A stretch of DNA of 32,000 nucleotides, from assembly GCF_000146505.1 (NCBI RefSeq), contig NC_017448.1, positions 2,370,001 through 2,402,000 on the forward strand, written 5' to 3'. Each line of letters starts with the position of its first letter. Position 1 is the first letter of the stretch. Below, in pieces: positions 1-8,102 of the stretch. The position numbers and the translations under genes were made by a program. Source of the DNA: Fibrobacter succinogenes subsp. succinogenes S85. Lineage in GTDB: Bacteria; Fibrobacterota; Fibrobacteria; Fibrobacterales; Fibrobacteraceae. The notes beneath the pieces are model-generated. The model did not search any database. It was not told the origin of the DNA and was given only the letters and a program-made list of their open reading frames with translations.

Positions 1-47
1 CGCTAAGGTTGGCGATGCCGAAGGGCCGGAATGCGCGGGCATGACAG

Positions 48-80
48 AAAAAAGCGGCTCCTGGGGAGGAATCGCTTTTG
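48..80 (-). terminator. Intrinsic terminator candidate after the esterase gene
   Basis: Interrupted GC hairpin aaagcg/g/ctcc-tgg-ggag/gaat/cgcttt (51-78), bracketed by an A-run and a T-run. On the minus strand it is followed by TTTTTT and lies about 35 nt after the stop at 114-116. Confidence 0.45.
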
Positions 81-113
81 GGTAGAGAGCTGATTTATGA
101 AATTCGTTTATGA

Positions 114-1661
114 TTAGAACTGTTCGAAGAACTTGTGAGCTTCTTCAGGAACCCAGGTATCCTGCCAGCCGGCACCGACATTCATGCTGCCGTTGTCATG
201 AGCGGTCCACTGGTGTCCACCCGGCCAGCTGCAGAACTTCACCGGGAAGCGTTCGTCGACAGTCTTGAAGTCATAGCAGACGTGTCCGGTATTGCCGTTG
301 TTTTCCTGGGGCTTTTCGGCGCTGGCGTCAGTGAAGTTGCCGTTAGCGTCAGCCTTACCGTTTCTCTTGAGGATTCTCGGGAGAGCACTGTTCTTCGCGC
401 GGTCGTAATTGCACATGCCGTCATTCTTGCCGTGAACTGCCATCCATGCAATCGGCAAGTTCTTGGCATCATAGCGACCTGTTCCTGCAGCCGGGAGCCA
501 AATGTTGTAGTCTGCAGTTGCGTAGACGGCTACAGCGCGGAGTCTTTCTTGCAAGTCCTGAGCGAGAGAGTTCGTGAACATGGCGCCGAAGCTAAATCCT
601 GTGGCGAACACGCGGGTGGTGTCAACGCAGTAGTTGTCGAACATCGCAGTAATCATTTCGTCAACGAACTGGTGGTCTTCCTTGCCGTTCCAAGTACCGT
701 TGTCGTTACCCTGAGGTGCTACGAAGATGTAGTCGCCGTTCTTGTCCAGTTTCTGCTGGCCATAATACGGAGTCGGATGGTCGTAGTCCGGATTATGGTG
801 CACAAAGTCTTCGGCCTTAGATCCCATGCAGTGGTTTGCAATAAGGAGCTTGTGTGGCTTGGTGTTGTCGTAATTGTTTGGCAAGGTGATGAAGAATGTG
901 CGATTCTTTCCTCCAACGTTAATGGAGAACTGTTCGCCATTTTCGACCTTTCTGTTGGATCTCAAGCTGGAAGCCTTGCCGCACCCTTTACTCTTGCGCG
1001 GTTCGTTCTTGAGGGCATAGCCGAATTTGAAGGTCTGTTCTGCCGGTACGCTCTTCGTGAGCTTCACGTTGAGCGTGGTATCGAGCGTGTTGAGCTTAAT
1101 GGTGAGCGTGTCGTAGTCTGTTGCGACAAACTGGATGGCTTCACCTTTCTGGGCGTCCTTCATGAGGGCGTTTGCCTGCGAACCGAAAGAGCTCTCAAAG
1201 CTGCCGTCTGTCGTGAACTTGAATTTCTGCGTAGCAGAACCGACGGTAACCTGTGCAAAATAGGTGCCGCGAGCTTTGAGGCCCTTGCTCAGGTCGTACG
1301 TGCCGGAGCCCTGCAGAGTCTTTTTGAAAACCTGGTTGCCGAGCGAGTTGTAAATCTTTACCTGAACAGGCGAGGTGCTGCTCTGGGAGTAAGAGAGAAT
1401 GCCATTGTTGACGCTGATGTATCCGACTGCGTTTCTGAAGCTCGGATTGATGCCCACTTCTTCTTCGTCTTCGTGGATAGTGAATTTACCCTGGTCGTCT
1501 GTCTTTGTGGTCTTGCCTTCCTTGAGCAAGCTGACGTCAACGTCCTTGATAAGTTTGCCCTGATCGTCGGAAACGGTTCCGCTAATCGTGTAGGCAAATG
1601 ATGTGGTACATAAAGCCGCAACGCATGCTGCGGTAACGAACGAAAGACGTTTCGCTTTCAT
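114..1661 (-). CDS. Secreted alpha/beta-hydrolase carbohydrate esterase (CE1 / PHB-depolymerase-like) with N-terminal CarboxypepD_reg-like and beta-sandwich domains
   Basis: ORF track gives 114..1685(-). I trimmed the start to the ATG at 1661: MKAKRLSFVTAACVAALCTTSFA is a signal peptide and AAAGGAG lies a few nt upstream. TISGTVSDDQGKLIKDVDVSL matches a CarboxypepD_reg-like fold. PVQVKIYNSLGNQVF...GTYFAQVTVG resembles an FlgD-Ig / T9SS-sorting-type beta-sandwich but is internal. The C-terminal half has the GFSFG nucleophile elbow (GxSxG). Family assigned by motif only. Confidence 0.75.
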   Translation of the reverse strand: MKAKRLSFVTAACVAALCTTSFAYTISGTVSDDQGKLIKDVDVSLLKEGKTTKTDDQGKFTIHEDEEEVGINPSFRNAVGYISVNNGILSYSQSSTSPVQVKIYNSLGNQVFKKTLQGSGTYDLSKGLKARGTYFAQVTVGSATQKFKFTTDGSFESSFGSQANALMKDAQKGEAIQFVATDYDTLTIKLNTLDTTLNVKLTKSVPAEQTFKFGYALKNEPRKSKGCGKASSLRSNRKVENGEQFSINVGGKNRTFFITLPNNYDNTKPHKLLIANHCMGSKAEDFVHHNPDYDHPTPYYGQQKLDKNGDYIFVAPQGNDNGTWNGKEDHQFVDEMITAMFDNYCVDTTRVFATGFSFGAMFTNSLAQDLQERLRAVAVYATADYNIWLPAAGTGRYDAKNLPIAWMAVHGKNDGMCNYDRAKNSALPRILKRNGKADANGNFTDASAEKPQENNGNTGHVCYDFKTVDERFPVKFCSWPGGHQWTAHDNGSMNVGAGWQDTWVPEEAHKFFEQF

Positions 1662-1858
1662 CGAACACTCCTTTTTGAAATCCAAAAATTTCTCTCTGGA
1701 CCTCTTAACCCAATCCTAATTTATTTTCCAAAAAGAAAATAATCTCTTATGTAAATATATTGTTATGGACATTTTGTCAAGGACCTTGGACAAAGAACTG
1801 ACTTTGTAAGAAATTTGTAAACTTTGGACGGGTCAAGTTAAATTCTATATATACACCT

Positions 1859-3013
1859 ATGAACCACATTGCAATTTTTATCGACGCAGAAAACTTGACC
1901 AACTGGGTCAAAAATAACGGTGTACAGTCGCTTATGGATGAACTTTTGCCGCTCGGGCAGATTGTCGTGCGCAAGGCTTATGGTAAATGGTCTACGCCGC
2001 AGCTGATCCCATTGCAGTCCGCGCTCAACGAAAATGGCTTTGAACTCGTACACACGTTCCACCCGGTGAGCGGCAAGAATTCGACGGACATCAAGATGAC
2101 GGTCGATACGATGGAAGTGGCGCTCGATTCCCAGGTGCAGTGGATTGTGCTTGCCACGGGTGATTCCGACTTTTCGCCGCTTTTCCGCAAGCTGCGTGAA
2201 CAGGGAAAGGAAGTGATTGGCGTGGGGCCCAAGTCCCCGCTGAGCGAATGCGTCAAGAATTCCTGCTCCCGCTACATTTACACGGACGATGCGACCGGTG
2301 CCGATGACGATTCTGATGATGAGGTCGCCGATGCGAAGGAACGCGCAAACCTGATCGTTTCCGAGAAAATCGATTCCATGGAAATGCTCCGTAGCGTTTT
2401 GCAAAAAGAAGATGGCCCGATTGCTCTTGCGGCGATCAAGCCCAAGATGCTTGGACTCGATAACGCGTTTAACGAAAAGCGCCTCGGTTTCAAGACGTTC
2501 AAGGACTTCGTAAAGTCTGCAGACTTTGTTCAAATGACGGATGTGGGCGGCGGTTCATACATGGTCGCACTTGCCGAGCAGAAAGTCGCTGTTGAAGAAG
2601 ATGCGCAGATGGTTTTGGCAAAGGCGCTCAAGCGTAAGGGCTGGGACATGTTCCCGCGCAACATGCTCAAGAAGATTTATGCTGAAGCTTGCGACCTCAC
2701 TTCGTTTGTTCCGATGAACAAGCAGGACCTAGTTCAGGAGATTGTTGCAAAGAACATCGCCGGTACGACGAGCAGCATTATCAACCGCGCGCTGAGCACG
2801 TTCTTCAAGGCGAAACTCGTGACTATCAGCGGTGGCGATGACAAGCTCTGGACGCTTACCGAAACAAACCAGTACTGGAAAGAAATTGACAAGGCGATGC
2901 TTGACAGGCTCCGCGTAAGCCTCAAGGAGACTGGTCAGAAGGTCCCCAAGAAAGATATCGTCGCTATTTTGTACGGAAAGTACGCTGACGGCGAAGCCGA
3001 GAAGCTCGTATAA
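1859..3013 (+). CDS. NYN (LabA/DUF88-like, PIN-fold RNase) domain protein with OST-HTH/LOTUS domain
   Basis: 384-aa [16 protein letters not shown] ... [12 protein letters not shown] are NYN-domain acidic motifs. Residues ~175-245 ([45 protein letters not shown]) look like OST-HTH/LOTUS. The C-terminal ~140 aa are unassigned. No Shine-Dalgarno precedes the ATG. Confidence 0.8.
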   Translation: MNHIAIFIDAENLTNWVKNNGVQSLMDELLPLGQIVVRKAYGKWSTPQLIPLQSALNENGFELVHTFHPVSGKNSTDIKMTVDTMEVALDSQVQWIVLATGDSDFSPLFRKLREQGKEVIGVGPKSPLSECVKNSCSRYIYTDDATGADDDSDDEVADAKERANLIVSEKIDSMEMLRSVLQKEDGPIALAAIKPKMLGLDNAFNEKRLGFKTFKDFVKSADFVQMTDVGGGSYMVALAEQKVAVEEDAQMVLAKALKRKGWDMFPRNMLKKIYAEACDLTSFVPMNKQDLVQEIVAKNIAGTTSSIINRALSTFFKAKLVTISGGDDKLWTLTETNQYWKEIDKAMLDRLRVSLKETGQKVPKKDIVAILYGKYADGEAEKLV

Positions 3014-3044
3014 TAAAAATGGCGGACAAAGTCCGCCTTTTTTG
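3014..3044. terminator. Bidirectional intrinsic terminator between convergent NYN and TolC genes
   Basis: Perfect hairpin ggcggac-aaa-gtccgcc (3021-3037), preceded by AAAAA and followed by TTTTTT. It sits between the two stop codons (3013 and 3063). Confidence 0.8.
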
Positions 3045-3062
3045 TTGTCGTTTTAGTAAAGT

Positions 3063-4361
3063 CTAGTCCAACTTGCCTTGATACAGATCCAGCAGATTGC
3101 GGGCCAAGAGGCTTGTGTACTTGGCGTTGGTGAGCGTGGACTGCGCGCTTTCAAGGCGGTTCTTTTGTGTGAGGTAATCGGTGTACGTGAGGGCGCCTAC
3201 GTTACGTTGTTCTTCGGCGACTTGCAGTGCTTCGTTTTCCGCTTCGACCTGGAGGATTGCAGCCTTCCACTGCATGTCTGCGCTGAGGGCGTTCAGATAA
3301 AGTTTTTCGATATTGTTTTCGAGCGTCTTTGCCTGTTCCTTCAAGGCGACCTGACTTTCGGTTTCGCTAATCTGTGCCTGCAAGACCTTGTTCTCGGTTG
3401 CACCGCCGTCGATAATCGGGATGTTGATGTTCAACGAAACGCTGTGCGAATAGCCGTTCTTGAGCTGGCTGCCGTACTTCTTGGATTCCCAGGCCTGGAG
3501 GCCGGTACTTGCGCTTGCACCGAGCGAGACCTTGATGGACTTGCCCTTGCCTGCAATTTCGGTATTTTTCTTTGCAACCTGGATGGCGAGGCTGTCAGAC
3601 TTTAAACCCGGATTCGTTTCCGTGGCTGTAGCTTGGAGTGCGTCGAGAGTCGGAATCGGCTTGAGGGCATCCGGTGTCTGGATTTCGGATTCTGGTGCCG
3701 AAACTTCGAACGCTTCGCTTTCCGGGAGTTCCAAAAGCTGACGGAGCGTCGTCTTTGCGGTGTTCACGCTCAACTGAGCGGCAAGCTGGGACGCTTCCTT
3801 CTGGAGCACGTTTGCCTGCGACTGCGTCAAGTCCTTCTTGGTGATGGAACCTGCTTCGAACAACGTGTTGTAGTGCTCAAACTCTGCCTTGGCAAGTTCA
3901 ACGGTCGCATCTGCGGTGTGCAACTTTTCGATTGCGGCGAGCAAGTTCATGTAAGCGTTCAAGACGCTTTCTTGCACGGAACGTTCTGTTTCCTTTGTCG
4001 AAAGGCGCGTTGCTTCCTTGTTGATTTCATTTGCCTGGATGGAAAGTCTCGTAGAGCCGCCGTCCCAGAGCGTGTAAGAAGCGCTAAGGCCTGCGTTTAA
4101 ACGGTAATGGTCTTGCGGGCCGTCTCTGAACGGGGAATCGTAAAGGGTATTGCCGATGCTTGCCGAGAGCGTGGGGTAGTTTCCGACTTTAGCCTGTTCG
4201 AGGCTCACATCAGCTTTCTGTTCGCGGAGCTTTGCGGATTCGAGCTTGAGGCTCTTTTCTTTCGCCTGCTTGAGGCATGCGCTTAAGGTCCAGGAACCAT
4301 CAGCGAAAACGAGCGATGCTGACGCAAAAATACCGAGAACGATTGCTTTTCTGTAATTCAT
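3063..4361 (-). CDS. TolC-family outer membrane efflux protein
   Basis: 432 aa with a signal peptide (IVLGIFASASLVFA). It has two tandem OEP-type repeats with long helical segments: LSLEQAKVGNYPTLSASIG, TYTDYLTQKNRLESAQSTL, and a C-terminal LLDLYQGKLD. Confidence 0.85.
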   Translation of the reverse strand: MNYRKAIVLGIFASASLVFADGSWTLSACLKQAKEKSLKLESAKLREQKADVSLEQAKVGNYPTLSASIGNTLYDSPFRDGPQDHYRLNAGLSASYTLWDGGSTRLSIQANEINKEATRLSTKETERSVQESVLNAYMNLLAAIEKLHTADATVELAKAEFEHYNTLFEAGSITKKDLTQSQANVLQKEASQLAAQLSVNTAKTTLRQLLELPESEAFEVSAPESEIQTPDALKPIPTLDALQATATETNPGLKSDSLAIQVAKKNTEIAGKGKSIKVSLGASASTGLQAWESKKYGSQLKNGYSHSVSLNINIPIIDGGATENKVLQAQISETESQVALKEQAKTLENNIEKLYLNALSADMQWKAAILQVEAENEALQVAEEQRNVGALTYTDYLTQKNRLESAQSTLTNAKYTSLLARNLLDLYQGKLD

Positions 4362-4430
4362 ACCTTTTAGATGCCCCAGCTATATATTTTGGTTGCGTGG
4401 ATTTTAAGATAGCAAATTTGTACAAACACA

Positions 4431-4456
4431 AAAAGGCTTCCTTGCGGAAGCCTTTT
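4431..4456 (-). terminator. Intrinsic terminator after tRNA-Val
   Basis: Hairpin ggcttcc-ttgc-ggaagcc (4435-4452) extended by A/T pairs. On the minus strand it is followed by TTTTTGTGTTTG and starts 5 nt after the tRNA 3' end. Confidence 0.75.
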
Positions 4457-4460
4457 CGAA

Positions 4461-4535
4461 TGGACGGTACTGGATTTGAACCAGTGACCTCTGCCGTGTG
4501 AAAGCAGCGCTCTAAACCAACTGAGCTAACCGTCC
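4461..4535 (-). tRNA. tRNA-Val (anticodon CAC)
   Basis: Hand-folded cloverleaf on the minus strand: GGACGGT TA GCTC AGTTGGTTTA GAGC G CTGCT TTCACAC GGCAG AGGTC ACTGG TTCAAAT CCAGT ACCGTCC A. The 7-bp acceptor is perfect, the D and T stems are perfect, and the T-loop is TTCAAAT. The anticodon loop TT-CAC-AC gives anticodon CAC. CCA is not encoded. Confidence 0.93.
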
Positions 4536-4547
4536 GAGGTGAGAGCA

Positions 4548-4576
4548 AATATAGAAAAGCTATTGAATGTTGTCAA
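4548..4576 (-). promoter_or_regulatory. Sigma70-type promoter for tRNA-Val
   Basis: The minus strand reads TTGACA (4576-4571), a 17-nt spacer, then TATATT (4553-4548). Twelve nt follow before the mature tRNA 5' end. Confidence 0.6.
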
Positions 4577-4582
4577 GAGGTT

Positions 4583-4627
4583 TTAGACGAAAGACCGCTT
4601 ACGCTGGTAGACGAGAGACGAAAGAAG
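4583..4627 (+). repeat. GACGARAGAC-class intergenic repeat, subtype II copy
   Basis: TTAGACGAAAGACCGCTTACGCTGGTAGACGAGAGACGAAAGAAG. It is near-identical (about 36 of 39 positions) to 9726-9765. Confidence 0.8.
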
Positions 4628-4646
4628 TTGCTTTCTATAAAATTCA

Positions 4647-4668
4647 ATCCCGGAACGGAGTCCGGGAT
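4647..4668 (-). terminator. Hairpin terminator candidate after ptsN
   Basis: 8-bp perfect stem atcccgga / tccgggat with a 6-nt loop. On the minus strand a weak T-rich tail follows (TGAATTTTAT). It is flanked by the two inverted repeat arms 4583-4627 and 4681-4726. Confidence 0.5.
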
Positions 4669-4680
4669 GATATTGAAAAT

Positions 4681-4726
4681 CTCTAGTCTTTCGTCTGTAG
4701 GCTCGTAGAGCCGTTCTTTCGTCTAA
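4681..4726 (-). repeat. GACGARAGAC-class intergenic repeat, subtype I copy, starting right after the ptsN stop
   Basis: The minus strand reads TTAGACGAAAGAACGG-CTCTACGAG-CCTACAGACGAAAGACTAGAG. The flanks match 29846-29892, with a different but still complementary central hairpin. Confidence 0.8.
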
Positions 4727-5191
4727 CTACAGGAACTTGTCTTCGGCGGCGCGGAGGATGGTGAGGAACTCTGCCGGGGTCTTCGAGGCAATGAGGTCCT
4801 TGCGCACGTTGCCGTCAGCGAGGAGGCGGCTCACAGAAGAAAGTGCCTTGAGGTGCGGACCGACTGTGTTGCCCGGGCTCACGATGAGGATGAGCAAATA
4901 AACCGGTTCACCGTCAAAGGACTGGAAGTCGAGGCCCTTTTCGATAGTGGCGGCGACCATGCACATGCGGTCTACGTAGTCAATCTTAGCGTGCGGGACG
5001 GCAAGTCCGCAACCGATGCCCGTGGAACGGCTCTGTTCGCGCGTCCAGATGGCTTCGAAGATTTCGTCGCGGTGGTCAAGTTTGTAGGCGCTGCAAAGAG
5101 TATCAACCAATTCGTTAAGAATGGCTTCCTTAGTTTCGCTGGAAGAGTTAATCAAGATGCAATTATCTACAAATCTTTCAGAAAGTCGCAT
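4727..5191 (-). CDS. ptsN: PTS EIIA type-2 domain protein (nitrogen-regulatory EIIA-Ntr-like)
   Basis: 154 aa, about the size of a standalone EIIA-2 domain. The phosphorylatable His lies in GIGCGLAVPHAKID. Confidence 0.72.
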   Translation of the reverse strand: MRLSERFVDNCILINSSSETKEAILNELVDTLCSAYKLDHRDEIFEAIWTREQSRSTGIGCGLAVPHAKIDYVDRMCMVAATIEKGLDFQSFDGEPVYLLILIVSPGNTVGPHLKALSSVSRLLADGNVRKDLIASKTPAEFLTILRAAEDKFL

Positions 5192-5268
5192 GATTTATAA
5201 TGTTCCTTTTTGTGTATCTGTCAAATAACCATTTTAGAATAATTATTGCCGTTTGGTAAGATTTATAT

Positions 5269-6030
5269 CTAAAATATGTTTAAAAAAGAAGATAATTCTA
5301 TCTGTGAAGTGGTATTTTCGAGCCTGTCGATGGCTTTTCGCATGAGCGCGACGTCAATTTGGCCGGGGGCGGCCGCCTTTCCGATGGAACCGTAAGTGAG
5401 GTTTGCCCCCTCTTTCAAAGACCAGATTCGGCTGATTTTTCCGGTTTCTCCCATGCCGAATGCGGCGATGAACTTGAACCCTTTTGCTCTTTTGGCGAAC
5501 TTGTAGAGGCGCGAGCAGTCGTCGTCGGAGTTGCTCATGGCGGCAATTTTGATGCCGTCTGCCTTCACCCGTTTGACGTCGGTGAGGTAGTTCTTGAGTT
5601 CAAGGTCGGTTGGGATGCGGGTGAAGTTGTGCTCGGAAATGAGGATTTTCACGCCCTTCGGGGCCGCAAGTTCACGGAGCTTGTCGTAGTCGTGCAGGCA
5701 GTCGCGTTCAAGGTCCAGCCATTCCGGCACGTCCGATGCGTTGAGAATTTGTTCAAAAAGTCCAAGGCGCTCGATGGCGCGTGCGTCGGGGAATGTACCG
5801 CCGTCACGCTTGAGGCGGATGGTTCCGAGCTGTATTGCCTTCGGGACGAGCTTGCGGATTCGCGCAGAAAGTCCTTGCCATTCGGATTCGTCAAAAAAAT
5901 CGTAACGGATTTCGAGGATGTCGCAGCTTTCAAAGTCAATGCGCGCCGGGTGGAGTTCTTCGCTTTCGGCGGCGGTAAGCGTTTCGGGACTCACGAGCCC
6001 GACTAGGTATTTTTGAGAATCTGTTGGCAT
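5269..6030 (-). CDS. aroD: Type I 3-dehydroquinate dehydratase
   Basis: The ORF track extends to 6204, but the first 58 codons translate the intergenic repeat region. I start at the ATG at 6030 (MPTDSQKYLVGLV). Motifs present: DILEIRYDFF, ISEHNF (His) and IKIAAM (Schiff-base Lys), typical of type I DHQase. Confidence 0.8.
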   Translation of the reverse strand: MPTDSQKYLVGLVSPETLTAAESEELHPARIDFESCDILEIRYDFFDESEWQGLSARIRKLVPKAIQLGTIRLKRDGGTFPDARAIERLGLFEQILNASDVPEWLDLERDCLHDYDKLRELAAPKGVKILISEHNFTRIPTDLELKNYLTDVKRVKADGIKIAAMSNSDDDCSRLYKFAKRAKGFKFIAAFGMGETGKISRIWSLKEGANLTYGSIGKAAAPGQIDVALMRKAIDRLENTTSQIELSSFLNIF

Positions 6031-6050
6031 GGTAGTATAAATATAGAATA

Positions 6051-6075
6051 TAGACGAGAGACGAAAGACGAGAGA
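6051..6075 (+). repeat. Heptamer array TAGACGA GAGACGA AAGACGA GAGA
   Basis: Three and a half tandem NAGACGA units lie in the aroD/clpP divergent intergenic region. Confidence 0.8.
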
Positions 6076-6113
6076 TATTGAATGCACGCGAAGCGTGCCA
6101 ATATAGCAATCGG

Positions 6114-6169
6114 CTAATGACCAATGACTATTGACTAATAACAGTTGACTAATGGCGATTGACGAACGA
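6114..6169 (+). repeat. Eight-unit heptamer array CTAATGA CCAATGA CTATTGA CTAATAA CAGTTGA CTAATGG CGATTGA CGAACGA
   Basis: The array parses in one 7-nt register. TGAC recurs at 6118, 6125, 6132, 6146 and 6160, at spacings of 7 or 14 nt. It lies upstream of clpP. Confidence 0.8.
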
Positions 6170-6173
6170 TAAT
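6145..6173 (+). promoter_or_regulatory. Candidate sigma70-type clpP promoter
   Basis: TTGACT (6145-6150), a 17-nt spacer, then GATAAT (6168-6173), about 43 nt before the clpP ATG. It is embedded in the heptamer array, so other TTGAC boxes are alternatives. Confidence 0.4.
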
Positions 6174-6215
6174 ATATTGAATTTTCTACATTATAATAGA
6201 ACAAAAGGATTATTT

Positions 6216-6797
6216 ATGGCAGATTGTAACGAAAACAAAGAAAAGCAGACCCCGGACATGCTCAAGAAGGCTGAAGAATACCTCGCCTCCAAGCGTAGAA
6301 TTTTCTTGTGGGGTGGTGTCGATGACGAAAGTGCCGAACGCATTGTGAAGCAGCTCCTGTACCTGGATTCCCTGAATCACGAAGACATTATTTTCTTCAT
6401 CAATAGCCCAGGTGGCGTGATTTCCTCTGGCCTTGCCATTTACGACTGCATGAACGCTATCCAGAGCGATGTCGTGACGGTTTGCTGCGGACAGGCTGCC
6501 TCTATGGGTGCCGTGCTCCTCACCGCCGGTGCTAAGGGCAAGCGCTGTGCATGGCCGAACGCCCGCATCATGATCCACCAGCCGCTCATTCACGGCGAGA
6601 TTGTGGCGCCTGCAAGCGATATCCAGATCCAGGCCGAAGAAATGCTCCGTATCCGTGGCATCACGGGCAAGATTCTTGCTGAAACTTCTGGCCACACGAT
6701 TGAACAGATTGACCGCGATACCGAACGCGACAACTTCATGTCTGCTGAAGAAGCTAGGAACTACGGTCTCGTAGATAAAGTCGAGAGTATTGTCTAA
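6216..6797 (+). CDS. clpP: ATP-dependent Clp protease proteolytic subunit
   Basis: Start moved to the ATG at 6216 (AAAAGGA lies 7 nt upstream). The upstream 19 codons of the ORF track lie in the repeat region. The catalytic triad contexts are present: GQAASMG (Ser), MIHQP (His) and DTERDNFMSAEEA (Asp). INSPGG is also present. Confidence 0.9.
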   Translation: MADCNENKEKQTPDMLKKAEEYLASKRRIFLWGGVDDESAERIVKQLLYLDSLNHEDIIFFINSPGGVISSGLAIYDCMNAIQSDVVTVCCGQAASMGAVLLTAGAKGKRCAWPNARIMIHQPLIHGEIVAPASDIQIQAEEMLRIRGITGKILAETSGHTIEQIDRDTERDNFMSAEEARNYGLVDKVESIV

Positions 6798-7717
6798 TGG
6801 GTTTATTTTCTGCAATTAAGAGCGGCCTTGCCAAGACCCGTGACGCTCTCCTCGGGGAGTTGAAGGGTATTGTCGGTGCCGGTAAGATTACGGACGAGAC
6901 GCTCGAGGAACTTGAAGAGCATCTCATCAAGGCTGACGTCGGCGTCGAAGCGGCGTTCCTTTTGACGGATGCGCTCCGCGAAAACGCTTTGGGCAAGTCG
7001 CTTACGACAGAGCAGGTACTTGACATCATGCGTAACGAAGCGGAACGCTTGCTCAAGGATCCGCCTCCGTTTGAACTCAAGGGCAAGCCGCATGTGGTGC
7101 TCGTGATAGGTGTGAACGGAGCAGGCAAGACGACTACAATCGGTAAGCTTGCCGCCCGCCTCAAGAACGAAGGCAAGAAGGTCATGATTGCCGCTTGCGA
7201 TACGTTCCGTGCCGCTGCAATTGACCAGCTTGAAACATGGGCGCAGCGCTCGGGTGCTGAATTCGTGAAGCATCAGGAAGGCTCCGACCCGGCTGCTGTG
7301 GCGTACGATGCTTGCAGCGCCGCTGTCGCCCGTGGTTGCGATGTCGTCTTGATTGATACCGCAGGTCGTCTGCACAATAAAGATTACTTGATGGAAGAAC
7401 TCAAGAAGATTGTCCGTGTCATCAAGAAGGTGAGCCCGGACATGCCGCACGACATGTGGCTTGTGATTGACGGCAACACCGGACAGAACACCATCAACCA
7501 GACGAAGATCTTCAACCAGAGTTTCCCGCTCACCGGTCTTGTGGTGACAAAGCTCGATGGAACCGCGCGTGGTGGCTCCGTGCTCTCGATTGCAAGTTCG
7601 TTGCAAATCCCGATCCGCTGGGTCGGCATGGGCGAACGCATTGACCAGCTCGTGGAATTCAACAAGCGCGACTACGTTGACGGTCTTTTTGAAAACGCTC
7701 TAGAAAACAGGGAGTAG
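6797..7717 (+). CDS. ftsY: Signal recognition particle receptor FtsY (NG domain only)
   Basis: GVNGAGKTTTIGKLA (G1), DTAGRL (G3) and TKLDGTARGG (G4) are present. The start overlaps the clpP stop (TAATG). There is no acidic A domain. Confidence 0.92.
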   Translation: MGLFSAIKSGLAKTRDALLGELKGIVGAGKITDETLEELEEHLIKADVGVEAAFLLTDALRENALGKSLTTEQVLDIMRNEAERLLKDPPPFELKGKPHVVLVIGVNGAGKTTTIGKLAARLKNEGKKVMIAACDTFRAAAIDQLETWAQRSGAEFVKHQEGSDPAAVAYDACSAAVARGCDVVLIDTAGRLHNKDYLMEELKKIVRVIKKVSPDMPHDMWLVIDGNTGQNTINQTKIFNQSFPLTGLVVTKLDGTARGGSVLSIASSLQIPIRWVGMGERIDQLVEFNKRDYVDGLFENALENRE

Positions 7718-7721
7718 TCTA

Positions 7722-8102
7722 TTGCTCTCAAAGCTTCGTGCAATACTTGCGTTTCTGCATTCGGCTATCTATGTGATCGCCCTCGTTGTTGGGGTAGTCC
7801 TTTTGGCGTTGTTCTTTTTTTCAAAGACGCCCGAGAAGACCGATGAACGCCTAGTCTCTGCGTTTGTAGAAATGCGAGTTGCCGAACAGCTTTATGGTGG
7901 CGATTCCCCCATGGGGCGCCTTGTACGCCGTGAAGTCCTGAAAAAGTACGGCTATACCCGTGAAGAATTCCTCAAGGCTACAGATAAGGTCCTAGATAAA
8001 GGTGAAGGCTGGATGCCTTTCCAGATGGCAGTCTCGGAACGTATTGACTCTTTGCTTGGAATGCCTAAAGTGATTCCGATACAAAAGAAGGACAAAAAAT
8101 GA
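7722..8102 (+). CDS. Hypothetical membrane-anchored protein
   Basis: 126-aa ORF with a TTG start 4 nt after the ftsY stop. It has one N-terminal TM helix (AIYVIALVVGVVLLALFFF) and no recognisable family. It is tightly packed in a co-directional block. Confidence 0.5.
   Translation: MLSKLRAILAFLHSAIYVIALVVGVVLLALFFFSKTPEKTDERLVSAFVEMRVAEQLYGGDSPMGRLVRREVLKKYGYTREEFLKATDKVLDKGEGWMPFQMAVSERIDSLLGMPKVIPIQKKDKK

Noticed and set aside
1-47. Possible end of an upstream gene (a TAA at 4-6 in frame 1)
   Set aside because: Too little sequence is available to support any call.
135-1601. 488-aa ORF on the plus strand
   Set aside because: It is antisense to the esterase gene, which has a signal peptide, an SD and recognisable domains. 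Its translation is low-complexity (Val/Ala/Gly/Arg-rich) with no motifs. It is a shadow ORF caused by codon bias.
4277-4548. ORFs 4277..4501(+) and 4300..4548(-)
   Set aside because: They overlap tRNA-Val, its terminator and its promoter. No coding signal is present.
4583-4726. Heptamer/GACGARAGAC repeats as a CRISPR array or a MITE with terminal inverted repeats
   Set aside because: The units are 7 nt long with no spacers. The two arms are different subtypes. No target-site duplication or transposase is evident. I describe them as a REP-like/periodic array instead.
6031-6215. 5' extensions of the aroD ORF (to 6204) and the clpP ORF (from 6159)
   Set aside because: Both extensions simply translate the heptamer-repeat intergenic region. 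Internal ATGs with proper N-termini and, for clpP, an SD are available.
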